The notes beneath the pieces were generated by a model that saw only the letters and a list, made by a program, of their open reading frames with translations, did not search any database and was not told the origin of the DNA. DNA of 64,000 nucleotides, from the NCBI GenBank assembly GCA_965223905.1, contig CBDCXV010000009.1, positions 480,001 to 544,000 of the forward strand, in the 5' to 3' direction. Made by a program: the position numbers and the translations under genes. The stretch's first letter is position 1, and each line of letters begins with the position of its first letter. This DNA comes from Candidatus Latescibacterota bacterium (GTDB lineage: Bacteria; Latescibacterota; UBA2968; UBA8231). This document shows, one piece after another, positions 1 through 10,682 of this stretch.

Positions 1-3000
1 GGCACGGCATCAGCCGGAGCCACCGGCACCCCGAAGCCGGACAAGGTTCAGAACGTGCAGGTGGTGGTTCCCGCCGCCCCGCAGCAGCTCACGGTATCGT
101 GGAACGAGGTCTCGGGGGTCTCTCCCTCAGATGGGTACATAGTGCAGTGGAAGTCGGGGTCCCAGGAGTGGGACGAAGACGGAATGGCGAACCGCCGAGT
201 CCTGGTGACGGGTTTGAATACTACGCTTGGGGATGAGACGCCGGCAACGGACACGCCACTGGCCGGCATCCCGCACACGGTGCGGGTGACCGCCACGAAC
301 GCGGGCGGCGCCGGCGACCCCTCGGTGCAACGCACAGGCACGCCGAAGCCGGGCCAGGTGGGGGCAGCAGATGGGACAGACGATGATGTGGTGGTGACTT
401 CCGAGGTCGGTGCGCTCATGGTCAAGTGGGGCTTGGTCACGGGGGCCACAGGGTACAGAGTGGAGTGGAAGTCGGGGACGCAGAATTACACCGCCAGCCG
501 CCGAGCCACGCCGACCGGTACGAGTCATACGATTCCGAATCTGGACGCGGACACCGAGTACACGGTGCGGGTGACCGCCAGGAACGGGAGCGGCGACGGC
601 ACGGCCTCCGCTGGGGTCATGGGCACCCCGAAGCCGGGCCAGGTGACGGGCGTGGAGGCGACTCCCGGCGTGGGAGCCCTCACGGTAACGTGGACCGCAG
701 TTGCGGGGGCCTCAGGGGGATACAAAGTGCAGTGGAAGTCGGGGTCGGAGGATTACAACACGTCCGACCGCCAAGATGAGGTCCCCGGACAGAGCACCGA
801 GACCCATCCGATTTCGAGCCTGACGGCGGGCACCCGGTACACGGTTCGGGTGATCGCCACGAACGATGGCGGCAGCGACCCCGGCGACGGCGGCGACGGC
901 CCGGCCTCCGCTGGGGCCATGGGCACGCCGAAGCCGGGCCGGGTGACGGGTGAGAGGGTGACGCCGGGCCCGGAGCAGCTTGAGGTATCGTGGACCACGG
1001 TCACGGGGGCCACTAGCTACAAGGTGCGGTGGAAGTCGGGGGAGGAGGAGTACTCCGCCAGCCGCCAAGCCACTGCGACCGTTTCGCCCCATGTGATTCG
1101 GAACCTGACGGGAGAAACCGAATACACGGTGCAGGTGATCGCTACGGTGGCTTCGGTCGACGGCGATCCCTCCACCGACGCCACCGGCACGCCGGATGTT
1201 GCCCCGGCGAACGTGGTGACGGGCGTCCGGGTGACGGATGAGGGGGACGAGCAGCTCACGGTGCAGTGGAAGCGTAAACGGGGGGCAACGGCCTACACGG
1301 TGCAGTGGAAGTCAGGGAGTGAGAGTTACGGCGACGGAACGGAGACGCCGCTCCGCCAGACCACGGGGATCGGCAGGACGACGCATGTGATTCAGGGCCT
1401 GACGGGAGGAACCGAATACACGGTGCGGGTGAAGGTTGCCGGGGCCACCGACCCAGCTGACGATGACTTTGCGGAGGCCACGGGCACACCGACGGCGGCT
1501 ACACCCGCCCGGGTGACGGAGGTGAAGGTGACTTCCGACGCGACTCAGCTCACGGTATCGTGGAAAGAGGTCCCCGGGGCTACCTACAAGATACAGTGGA
1601 AAGCGGGCTTTCAGCAGTACGCCGAAACTCGCGAAGGCGAGAAGAGTCCCGGTACAACGTCACATACAATTAATGTTGCTGATGATGGTCTGAAACCGGG
1701 CACCCTGTACATGGTGCGGGTGCAGGCGATCGAGTCTGATGCCAAGCCCCCAGGGGGACCGTGGTCGAGCGAAGTCACCGGCATGCTGAAGCCGGCCCAG
1801 GTGACGTTTGGAGCGAACCAAGGCGTGACTTCCGGCTCGGAGAAGCTCACGGTATCGTGGATCGCGGTCCCGGGGGCCGCTAGCTACAAGGTGCAGTGGA
1901 GGACGGCGAGTCAGTTGACTTACTCTTCTATTCAACAAGCCACCGTGACCGGTACGGAACATACGATTGGGAATCTGGAGGCGGGCATCAAGCACACGGT
2001 GCAGGTGACCGCTATGAACGCCGGCGGCGACGGAGCGCCTTCAGTTGATACGGGAACAAGTGCCATGGGTACCCCGCAACCGGGCAAGGTGACGGGCGTA
2101 ACGGTGACCCCCGGGGTGGGGGAAACCTCCACGAGCCTCACCGTGATGTGGGACCCGGTCACGGGGGTCTCCACCAGTGCTGGCTACAAAGTGCAGTGGA
2201 AGTCGGGCTCGGAGGAGTACGACGAGACCGCCCGCCAAGGTGCGCCGAGCGGCACGAGTCATTCGATCCCGAGTCTGGATGCGAACACCCAGTACACGGT
2301 GCGGGTGATCGCCACGAACACGGGCGGCGACGGCCCGGCCTCCGATGAGGTCCCGGGCAGGCCGAAGCCGGGCGAGGTGACGGGCGTGACGGTGGATCCC
2401 GGCGCGGGGCAGCTCGCGGTGAAGTGGGCGGAGGTCACCGGGGCTACGGGATACACGGTGCAGTGGAAGTCGGGGGCGGAGGATTACGCGTCCAGCCGCC
2501 GAGCCAGGACGGACGGTTTGAGGTATGTGATTCAGAATCTGACGAGCACGGAGTACACGGTGCGGGTGTTCGCCTCGAACGCGAGCGGCGACGGACCGGT
2601 TTCCGCCGAAGCAAGAGGTACGCCGTCGTCGGTCTTGGAAGGCCAGGTGACGAACCTGCAGGTGATCTCCGGGGTGGGGCAGCTCACGGTATCGTGGAGA
2701 GCGGTCCCCCAGGCTACCGAATACACCGTGGAGTGGAGGGAGGAGCCGGGGACTTTCGCGACGGAGGACATGGCTGAGGTGACCGGTACGAGGTATACGA
2801 TTGAGGATCTGAAGGGAGGCACCGAGTATGCGGTGATGGTGACCGCCATGCTGCCCGACGTGCTGTCCCCACCCGGGTCGGACGAGGCTTTCGGAACGCC
2901 GAGTTTGGACCAGGTGGCGAACGTGCGGGTGACCTCCGACGATGTGGAGCTTCTCACGGTATCGTGGGACGCGGTCCCGGGAGCCGACGGATACAAAGTG

Positions 3001-6000
3001 CAGTGGAAGTCGGGATCGGAGCAGTACTCGGAAAGCCGCCAAGCCACGCCGGACGACGCTACGGGGTATACGATTACCAATCTGATGGGAGGCACCCAGT
3101 ACACGGTGCGGGTGATCGCCGCGAAGGGAGCTTTGGAAGGACCGCCCTCGGACGAACACACCGCCACGGCGGGGGCCGATCCGGACCAGGTAGCGAACGT
3201 GCAGGTGACTCCCGGCCGGACGCAGCTAGCGGTGAGGTGGGACCCGGTCTCGGGAGCCGACGGATACAAAGTGCAGTGGAGGTCGGGATCGCAGCAGTAC
3301 GCGGCCAACCGCCAAATGGACGTGGGAACCGGTACGAGGTATACGATCACGGGGTTGGTGGCAGACACCGAGTACGCGGTGCAGGTGATTGCTGTCGTGA
3401 ACGGGATCGACGGATCGCCCTCAGGGGAGGTTGCGGGCACGCCGACGAGTACGCCTACAACACCAACTACGCCGACAACACCAACTACGCCGACAACACC
3501 AACTACGCCTACAACACCAACTACGCCGACAACACCAACTACGCCGACAACACCAACTACGCCGACAACACCAACTACACCCACGCCGCAGCCGCCTGCG
3601 GCCAATGTACCGTCCATGGTCAGGCATGTAACCGTGATGGCGAGGGAAGGCGGGCTTCAGGTCCGGTGGCTCTCGCTGGCCAAAGCCGGCTACCGGGGTC
3701 CGTTGAGCGGCTACAAGGTGCAGTGGAAGTCGGGGTCGGAGGCGTACGCCCCGGCCCGCGAAGATACTGTTATCGGCCGGCTCACCTGGGTGAACCATAT
3801 CATTGGGAACCTGGCCGAGAAGGAGTACACGGTGCGGGTGATGGCCTACAACGAGCACGGCGACGGCCCGCCCTCCGACGAGCTTGTCGGTACGCCCAAG
3901 GAGGCCAAGCCGTCCAACCGGATCGCCGGGGTCCTGAAGGGAGACGCCCGCGGCGCAAATGGGCAGCAGCCGCGCGGCGACATGTCCCAGCGGTCGAGTC
4001 TGGGTCTGGACCCGGCCGGGCATCTGGACGCGGGCCAGGAAGTGACCCTGACCGTGTCGGTGGCCACCGTCGCTTCGTATGTATTGGAAGTGACCGGAGG
4101 CCGGGGGGTGACCCTGAGCGGGACCGGCGTCACCGACGAGGGTTCAGGCCGGGCCCGGCTGGATGCGGAGTCCTGGTCGAACCAACAGCAGCGCACCGTG
4201 GTTCTGAAAGACACGGTGGCGGTGGACACCTTGTCCGTGGCGCTTCTGGATACGGACGGGGATCAGGTGGCCGCGCTGGAGCCGAAGATCGTCTACAACC
4301 CGGAGGTGCGTGACGGCCTTCGGGTCACCGGCCTGCCGGACACCTTGACGGTGAACCGCCAGTATTGGGGTGAAGTGACGCTTCTGGACCGCTACGGCAA
4401 CGTCCGCGTCCGCGACGACGACCGCGAGGTGGTGCTTTCGGCCAACCAGGCAGGCGTCAGTTCGGCGCCGGCGAGCCTGGAAGCCGGCACCGGGCGGTTC
4501 TGGGTGCGCAGCGATTCGCTGTTGACCGAGGAGCTGGTTCTGACCTTCCGGGATGGCGCGGTGAGCCAGTCGGAGACGGTAATCGTGCGGCCTCTGGATG
4601 CGCCGGATCAGCTGGTTGCCGCCGATTATCCCGGCGACGAGGGTGGATTCATCGAGCTGACGTGGGATCTGTCCTTGGATCATTCGATCCTGGATGGCTA
4701 CCGCATTTTCCGTACGCCGATCAACGGCGAGCCGATGGAGTGGGGCCGGGTGGCGGCCGATCTGGAAGCTGAGGAGGGCCGCGCCGTGGTGGCGACGCTG
4801 GACACGGTCACCACCGCCTGGGGGATTGCCGCCGAGCTCGAGCTCGAAATGGAGCCGACTTCGGGAGGAGGGGATACCCCGGTGACGCCCCCGCCGCCCA
4901 ACGATCCCGAAGAGCCCCCGACCGTTGGGCGATCGTCGAGTATTACCCTGTCGTCGGGTATCGTTCTCGCCACGCCGGAGCCGCCCATGATGGAGGAGGA
5001 AGATCCCGACATGGAGGAGGATCCCGAAATGGACCCGAAGAAGGTTCGGCGATCCTCGGTTACGAGGTCGGGTTCGGTGCGCGCCGTCGACAACGTCGCG
5101 CCGTCGGCGGTTCGTCGGTTCCGTGCGGTCGACGCGCCCGACGACGACGGGGGCCGCATTCTCCTGACCTGGGAAGGCTCGTTGTCGGACAGCCTGGTGA
5201 ACCGCCGGGTCGAAGGAGCGATTGGTCCGACGGTCTCCGACATGAGCCGGGGGGTTGCGGGGTATCGCATCTACCGCCAGCCAGCCGACGGGGCGTTTGC
5301 GCTTCTGGACACGGTCGGACGGAGCGCAACCTCCTATGTCGATACGACGGCCCTCAACGGGGAGCGCTTCACCTACACGGTGGCCGCCTTCGACGAGGAC
5401 AACGAAACCACCTCCGAAGAACAATCGGCTATGGCCATCCGTAACCGGGAGGTGGATGTCACCGGCAAGTACGTCTTCGGTCTGTTCGGAGCCGACCGGA
5501 CAGTCGGGTTCGACGACTTCTTCCACTTCGCCGATAACTACGGGTTCACGGCGACGGATGCCGAGTGGGACCCGGCCTTCGATCTGGCCTCGAACCAGTC
5601 GATCGGTTGGGAATCACTGGCGGTGTTTGCCCAGAACTTCGGTCGTCAGACGGCCTCGACCGGGAAGGTGATCCCGCTGCGAGCCGGCCGCAACGAGCAG
5701 ACGCGGCTGGATTTCTACGGGGGTGTCCCGATGCCTAAGGTCGGGGAGGAGTTCGTCCTGACCCTGCACCTGAGCGACTTCGGTCTGCTCAAGGGCTACG
5801 GTTTCCAGCTCGAGTTCAACGGCGAGGAGCTGGAGGTCGTCCGCGCCGTGGCAGCCGACAACGGCCTCGGCGAGGGCCCCTTGGCCTTACCGCAGGTCCT
5901 GGGCGCAGCCGACGGGAAACGGGCCATTGTCGCCTACGGGGATGCCGTCTCGGAAGGCACGGTGGCCGTGGATGTGGTTTTCCGCGCTCTCAGGGAGTTC

Positions 6001-6381
6001 GAAACCGGCTTCATCAGGGTCACCGAAGGCCAGGTCCGCGACGGTACCTTTGCCGTCAACGCCTTGGCCTTGCCGGCCCCGGTGGAGATGGAGACGCTGC
6101 CGGAGGTGTACGCTCTGGGGTTCAACTACCCGAACCCCTTCAACCCGGAGACCACGATCAAATACGCGCTTCCTCAGGCGTCGGACGTGGAGTTGGTGGT
6201 TTACAATTCGCTCGGCCAGAAGGTGCGAACCCTGGTGGCCGAGCATCAGGGCGTAGGTCGCTACGCCTTCACGTGGGACGCGACCAACGACCGTGGCCAC
6301 GCGGTGTCTTCAGGGATCTACCTGTACCGCCTGCGGGCGGGAGAGTTCGCGCAGGTCAGAAAGATGCTGTTGCTGAAGTAG
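1..6381 (+). CDS. Large secreted fibronectin type III repeat protein with PT linker, dockerin/EF-hand-like, cohesin-like and C-terminal FlgD-Ig (T9SS-like sorting) domains; 5' end lies outside the window
   Basis: The frame is open from base 1 (GTASAGATGTPKP...). It has more than a dozen FN3 units (LTVSW...YKVQWKSG...YTVRVIA), an EF-hand-like 'DRTVGFDDFFHFADNYG' and a C-terminal 'NYPNPFNPETTIKY...SSGIYLYRL...KMLLLK'. Confidence 0.88.
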   Translation, partial: GTASAGATGTPKPDKVQNVQVVVPAAPQQLTVSWNEVSGVSPSDGYIVQWKSGSQEWDEDGMANRRVLVTGLNTTLGDETPATDTPLAGIPHTVRVTATNAGGAGDPSVQRTGTPKPGQVGAADGTDDDVVVTSEVGALMVKWGLVTGATGYRVEWKSGTQNYTASRRATPTGTSHTIPNLDADTEYTVRVTARNGSGDGTASAGVMGTPKPGQVTGVEATPGVGALTVTWTAVAGASGGYKVQWKSGSEDYNTSDRQDEVPGQSTETHPISSLTAGTRYTVRVIATNDGGSDPGDGGDGPASAGAMGTPKPGRVTGERVTPGPEQLEVSWTTVTGATSYKVRWKSGEEEYSASRQATATVSPHVIRNLTGETEYTVQVIATVASVDGDPSTDATGTPDVAPANVVTGVRVTDEGDEQLTVQWKRKRGATAYTVQWKSGSESYGDGTETPLRQTTGIGRTTHVIQGLTGGTEYTVRVKVAGATDPADDDFAEATGTPTAATPARVTEVKVTSDATQLTVSWKEVPGATYKIQWKAGFQQYAETREGEKSPGTTSHTINVADDGLKPGTLYMVRVQAIESDAKPPGGPWSSEVTGMLKPAQVTFGANQGVTSGSEKLTVSWIAVPGAASYKVQWRTASQLTYSSIQQATVTGTEHTIGNLEAGIKHTVQVTAMNAGGDGAPSVDTGTSAMGTPQPGKVTGVTVTPGVGETSTSLTVMWDPVTGVSTSAGYKVQWKSGSEEYDETARQGAPSGTSHSIPSLDANTQYTVRVIATNTGGDGPASDEVPGRPKPGEVTGVTVDPGAGQLAVKWAEVTGATGYTVQWKSGAEDYASSRRARTDGLRYVIQNLTSTEYTVRVFASNASGDGPVSAEARGTPSSVLEGQVTNLQVISGVGQLTVSWRAVPQATEYTVEWREEPGTFATEDMAEVTGTRYTIEDLKGGTEYAVMVTAMLPDVLSPPGSDEAFGTPSLDQVANVRVTSDDVELLTVSWDAVPGADGYKVQWKSGSEQYSESRQATPDDATGYTITNLMGGTQYTVRVIAAKGALEGPPSDEHTATAGADPDQVANVQVTPGRTQLAVRWDPVSGADGYKVQWRSGSQQYAANRQMDVGTGTRYTITGLVADTEYAVQVIAVVNGIDGSPSGEVAGTPTSTPTTPTTPTTPTTPTTPTTPTTPTTPTTPTTPTTPTTPTTPTTPTPQPPAANVPSMVRHVTVMAREGGLQVRWLSLAKAGYRGPLSGYKVQWKSGSEAYAPAREDTVIGRLTWVNHIIGNLAEKEYTVRVMAYNEHGDGPPSDELVGTPKEAKPSNRIAGVLKGDARGANGQQPRGDMSQRSSLGLDPAGHLDAGQEVTLTVSVATVASYVLEVTGGRGVTLSGTGVTDEGSGRARLDAESWSNQQQRTVVLKDTVAVDTLSVALLDTDGDQVAALEPKIVYNPEVRDGLRVTGLPDTLTVNRQYWGEVTLLDRYGNVRVRDDDREVVLSANQAGVSSAPASLEAGTGRFWVRSDSLLTEELVLTFRDGAVSQSETVIVRPLDAPDQLVAADYPGDEGGFIELTWDLSLDHSILDGYRIFRTPINGEPMEWGRVAADLEAEEGRAVVATLDTVTTAWGIAAELELEMEPTSGGGDTPVTPPPPNDPEEPPTVGRSSSITLSSGIVLATPEPPMMEEEDPDMEEDPEMDPKKVRRSSVTRSGSVRAVDNVAPSAVRRFRAVDAPDDDGGRILLTWEGSLSDSLVNRRVEGAIGPTVSDMSRGVAGYRIYRQPADGAFALLDTVGRSATSYVDTTALNGERFTYTVAAFDEDNETTSEEQSAMAIRNREVDVTGKYVFGLFGADRTVGFDDFFHFADNYGFTATDAEWDPAFDLASNQSIGWESLAVFAQNFGRQTASTGKVIPLRAGRNEQTRLDFYGGVPMPKVGEEFVLTLHLSDFGLLKGYGFQLEFNGEELEVVRAVAADNGLGEGPLALPQVLGAADGKRAIVAYGDAVSEGTVAVDVVFRALREFETGFIRVTEGQVRDGTFAVNALALPAPVEMETLPEVYALGFNYPNPFNPETTIKYALPQASDVELVVYNSLGQKVRTLVAEHQGVGRYAFTWDATNDRGHAVSSGIYLYRLRAGEFAQVRKMLLLK
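3451..3576 (+). repeat. Seven tandem 18-bp units (ACGCC[G/T]ACAACACCAACT) encoding a (TPTTPT)n linker
   Basis: Read directly. Units 1 and 4 carry ACGCCT, the others ACGCCG. Confidence 0.95.
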
Positions 6382-6400
6382 AAGTGTGGGTACGGATACA

Positions 6401-6457
6401 GAGGGGGTTGGGAAGGGAGACCATTCGTCGTCTCCCTCCCAACCCTTCTTTCTTTCC
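6401..6457 (+). terminator. Probable intrinsic terminator after the FN3 gene
   Basis: Imperfect inverted repeat GGGTTGGGAAGGGAGA ... TCTCCCTCCCAACCC followed by TTCTTTCTTT, about 20 bp after the stop. Confidence 0.65.
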
Positions 6458-6604
6458 AGAAAAATCCGGGAGATGGGATGTGATTGGGGATGATCCGCAA
6501 ACCCTTTAAACCTGGCTTTTTGGGGTGGCCTCCATCGCCAGGCCAAGGGGGAGAAAGAGCATCGGCATCCCATCTCCTAAATGAATATGTAAAACCAATG
6601 AACA

Positions 6605-6822
6605 ATGGCTGAGAACAGAAGATATACCGACGCAGGTCCCACTATCCCGGGCAGTTGAGTGCCGCCGTGACCGAAGCCACGAAAGAAGCCGTCGAGGAGG
6701 TCGCCGACCGGGCGGGTTGGTCGCTGGCCGAGACGGTCCGGGAGTGTATCGACGTGGGCCTTCCCGTGGTTCAGAAGCGGTTGACCACCCCAGATGACAG
6801 CGAGGTTCCTTCCGGCTCCTGA
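6605..6822 (+). pseudogene. Small ribbon-helix-helix (CopG-like) protein, start apparently frameshifted
   Basis: The frame ending at TGA 6820-6822 reads ...YPGQLSAAVTEATKEAVEEVADRAGWSLAETVRECIDVGLPVVQKRL..., an RHH-like pattern. ATG 6605 is out of frame; TTG 6655 is an alternative start. Not in the ORF track. Confidence 0.55.
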
Positions 6823-7299
6823 GATCACGGGGTAGGTCGGTCTTTTTTGGGAACTGCCTGAAGTGGGCAGTTCCCCTTTTTTATTTCCTGATGTCATCGT
6901 CTCCCTTTCGCTCGTCGCGCTGCTTTTTTGGCCTGCGCTGAGGATCAGAACCCAGGGCACGAATCGTCGCCAATATTTGAAAACGAGTCTCCCTCGAAAT
7001 CGATCTTGGGCCGCCGCGAAACGTCGGTTGAGGGCCCAAAACCCTGGGGGGGGATTTAAAGAGGTTCGACGGCAAAATTGAGTGGCAATACTATCGGAAC
7101 TGGGAGACGACGATGCGGCCCCGTCAAAGAAGCTCTTTGAAACCGCACGAACCGTAGCAACCCAACCTTAAACTCCCGTCTGGACAGCGCGACCCAAAAA
7201 ATCCCCCGCGAGTGATAACTGCTGGTATAACGGCTCTCGGGTTATTTTTCAAGTTACGAATTAACAGCAACTTACAACATTACAACTGCGGAGGACCTG

Positions 7300-10200
7300 G
7301 TGACCACCGGTCTGCGCATCCCCTTGGGGCTGGCCCTGGACACGGTCGCGGGCAAGCTCTACTGGACCGACAATGGCACGGACAAGATCCAGCGCGCCAA
7401 TCTCGACGGCTCCGAAGTGGAAGACCTCGTCACCGGCCTGCAGACGCCGTTGAGCCTGGCTCTCGACACGGCCGCGGGCAAGCTCTACTGGACCGACAGC
7501 GGCGCCGACAAGATCCAGCGGTCCAACCTGGACGGCTCCGAGGTGGAGGAGCTGGTGACCGAGGGCCTGGAAAGTCCCCGGGGCCTGGCCCTGGACGCGG
7601 CCGGGGGCAAGCTCTACTGGAGCGACAACGGCACCGACCGGATCCAGCGCGCCAACCTCGACGGCTCCGAGGTGGAAGAGCTGGTGAGGGAGGGTCTGCA
7701 AAGTCCCCGGGGCCTGGCCCTCGACGTGGAGGCCGGCAAGCTCTACTGGAGCGACAGCGGCACCGGCAGGATCCAGCGGGCCAATCTCGACGGCACGGAA
7801 ATCGAAGACCTGGTGACCGAAGGCCTGCTGAGTCCGCGGGGCCTGGCCCTGGTCCGGACCGTTGCCCCCGGCAACCAGGCCCCGGTCCTGGCGCCTATAG
7901 CGGACCGGACCACGGCGGCCGGCGACACTCTGACCCTGGCGGCGGCCGCCAGCGACCCGGACGGCGACGCCCTGACCTACGCGGCTTCATCGAGCGACGA
8001 GGCGGTAGCCAGGGTCGAGGTGACCGATTCCCTGCTGACGGTCTACGCGCTGTCCGCGGGCGGGGCCACGATCACCGCGACCGTCCGCGACCCGGAGGGC
8101 CTGGAGGCGGTGCAGCGCTTCGCCGTGCTCGTCGTCGGGGCCGGAAGCCTCGGGGCCGTCAACCGGCTCTACTGGACGGACGCGGGCAGCGACCGCATTC
8201 AGCGGGCCCACCTGGACGGCTCCGGGGTCGAGGACGTCGTCGACAGCGGCCTGGTCAATCCGCGCGGCCTGGCCGTGGACTCAGCGGCCGGCAAGCTCTA
8301 CTGGACCGACTACGGCAGCGACCGCATCCAGCGGGCTAATCTCGACGGCTCCGAAGTCGAGGACCTGGTGACCGCCGGCCTGCAGATCCCCCTGGCCCTG
8401 GCCCTCGACGCGGCAGGCGGCAAGCTCTACTGGACCGACAACGGCACCGACCGGATTCAACGGTCCAACCTCGACGGAACCGAAATCGAGGATCTCGTCA
8501 CCGGCCTGCGGACCCCGTTGGGGCTGGCCCTCGATCCGGCCGGCGGCAAGCTCTACTGGACCGACAGCGGCGCCGACCGCATCCAGCGCGCTGAGCTCGA
8601 CGGCAGCGAAATCGAAGACCTGGTGACCGAGGGCCTGCAGATACCCCGGGGGCTGGCCCTGGACTCAGCGGCCGGCAAGCTCTACTGGGCCGACAGCGGC
8701 ACCGACCGCATCCAGCGGGCGAATCTCGACGGCTCCGAGGTCGAGGACCTCGTGACCACCGGCCTGGGCACCCCCCGGGGCCTGGCCCTCGACGTTTCTG
8801 CGGGCAAGCTCTACTGGGCCGACAGCAGCACCGACAAGATTCAGCGCGCCAACCTCGATGGCAGCGACATCGAAGACCTGGTGACCGAGGGCTTGCTGAG
8901 TCCCCGGGGCCTGGCCCTTGCCCGGACTTTGTCCACGGACAACCAGGCCCCTGCCCTGGAGCCGCTGGCGGACCGCACCGCGGCGATCGGCGACTCGCTG
9001 ACCCTCGCGCTTGCCGGCAGCGACCCGGACGGAGACGCCCTGACCTACACCGCTTCCTCCGGCGACGAAGCGGTGGCCACGGCGGAAGCCGCCGACTCCC
9101 TGGTGACTCTACGGCTGCTGGCCGTCGGCGAGACCGCCGTCACCGTGACCGCCCGCGACCCGGGGGGCCTGCAGGCAACCCGAACCTTCACCGTCACCGT
9201 GCAGGCTTCCAACGAGCCCCCGCTCGCCGTGCCCTGGCTCTACTGGACCGACGCGCGCACCGACCGCATCCAGCGCGCTGAGCTCGACGGCAGCGACATC
9301 CGCACCCTGATCACCGGGCTCATGCAGCCCCGGGACCTCGCCCTCGACCGGGACGGCGGCCGCATGTACTGGACCGACAGCGGCGCCGACAAGATCCAGC
9401 GCGCCCACCTCGACGGCTCAAAGGTCGAAGACCTGGTGACCGAGGGGTTGAAGGAGCCGTTCGGGATCGCCCTCGATCTGGGCGGCGGCAAGATCTACTG
9501 GAGCGACTGGGGGACCGACCGCATCCAGCGATCCAACCTCGACGGCTCCGAAATCGAAGACCTCGTCGCCACCGGTCTGAACGAACCCTACGGCCTGGCC
9601 CTCGACCTAGGGGAGGGCAAGATCTACTGGACCGACTGGGGGGCGGACAAAATCCAACGGGCAAACCTCGACGGCTCCGAAGTCGAAGACCTGGTCACCG
9701 GCCTCAACCAGCCCCGGGGGATCGCTCTCGATCTGGAAGACGGCCGCATGTACTGGCCCGACTGGGGCACGGACAAGATCCAGCGCGCGAATCTCGACGG
9801 CTCCGAGGTGGAAGACTTGGTTACCGAGGGCCTGCGGACCTCCCAGGCGATCGCCCTCGATCTTTCCGGCGGCAAGATGTACTGGACCGACTACGGCACC
9901 GACAAGATCCAGCGCGCCAACCTGAACGGCTCCGATGTGGAAGATCTGGTCACCTCCGGCCTGAAGGAGCCGTACGGCTTGACCCTGGGCGCCGGCCTGC
10001 CGGCGCAGATCCTCAAGGTGGAGGGGGAACCAGCGACCCTGAACCTGTCCGGCCGCTTCCGCGACCCGGAGGGGAGTACCCTGACCCTTACCGCCACTTC
10101 CAGCGACGGGGCGGTCGCCGCCGCGAGTCTGGCCGACTCGGTGCTGACCATCGCCCCGGTAACCCCCGGACAGGTGACCATCGCGGTCACCGCCCGCGAC

Positions 10201-10593
10201 GAGGGGGGCCGGGCCGCCACCCTGCCGGTGGCCGTGACCGTGTACCCGGCCAACCGCCCCCCGGTGGCCAAAGCCCTGGCCGACCGCAAGATCCGCATCG
10301 ACCGCCCGGACCGGGTCGAGCTGACCACCGCCTTCACCGACCCGGACGAAGGAGACGTGCTGACCTACACGGCCGCGTCGAGCAACGAGGCGGTGGCCAC
10401 CGCGGCCGTCGAGGGGACCGGGATGGGCATCGCCCCCAAGAGCATCGGGCAGACCCGGATCTCGGTGACCGCCCGCGACCCCGAAGGCCTGGAAGCGGCC
10501 CTGAGCTTCGGAGTCACCGTGGAGCCCAAACCGCCCCCAGGCCGCCCAGGCCCCCGCCCGGCTCGAGCAGTGATAATGGTGGTGGCCCGGTAA
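7300..10593 (+). pseudogene. YWTD (LDL-receptor class B) beta-propeller plus cadherin/Ig-like repeat protein; 5'-truncated N-terminal part of a frameshifted giant gene
   Basis: YW[T/S/A/P]D repeats occur in blocks of 4+6+6, separated by 'DPDGDALTY' Ig/cadherin units. The sequence begins mid-repeat (EDLVTTGL at 7291) with no signal peptide. Coding continues in another frame after a C-run at about 10534-10538. Confidence 0.8.
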
Positions 10594-10682
10594 CCCCTCC
10601 GCGGCCTCCACCACCACCTCCACCTCCGCCGGGTCCCAATCGGGCTCCGGCCTTCAACGACGGACCGAGCACCTCCCGCAGC

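Noticed and set aside
3451-3576. Short tandem repeats as a possible CRISPR array
   Set aside because: There are no unique spacers, the unit is in frame and encodes a PT linker, and no cas genes are present.
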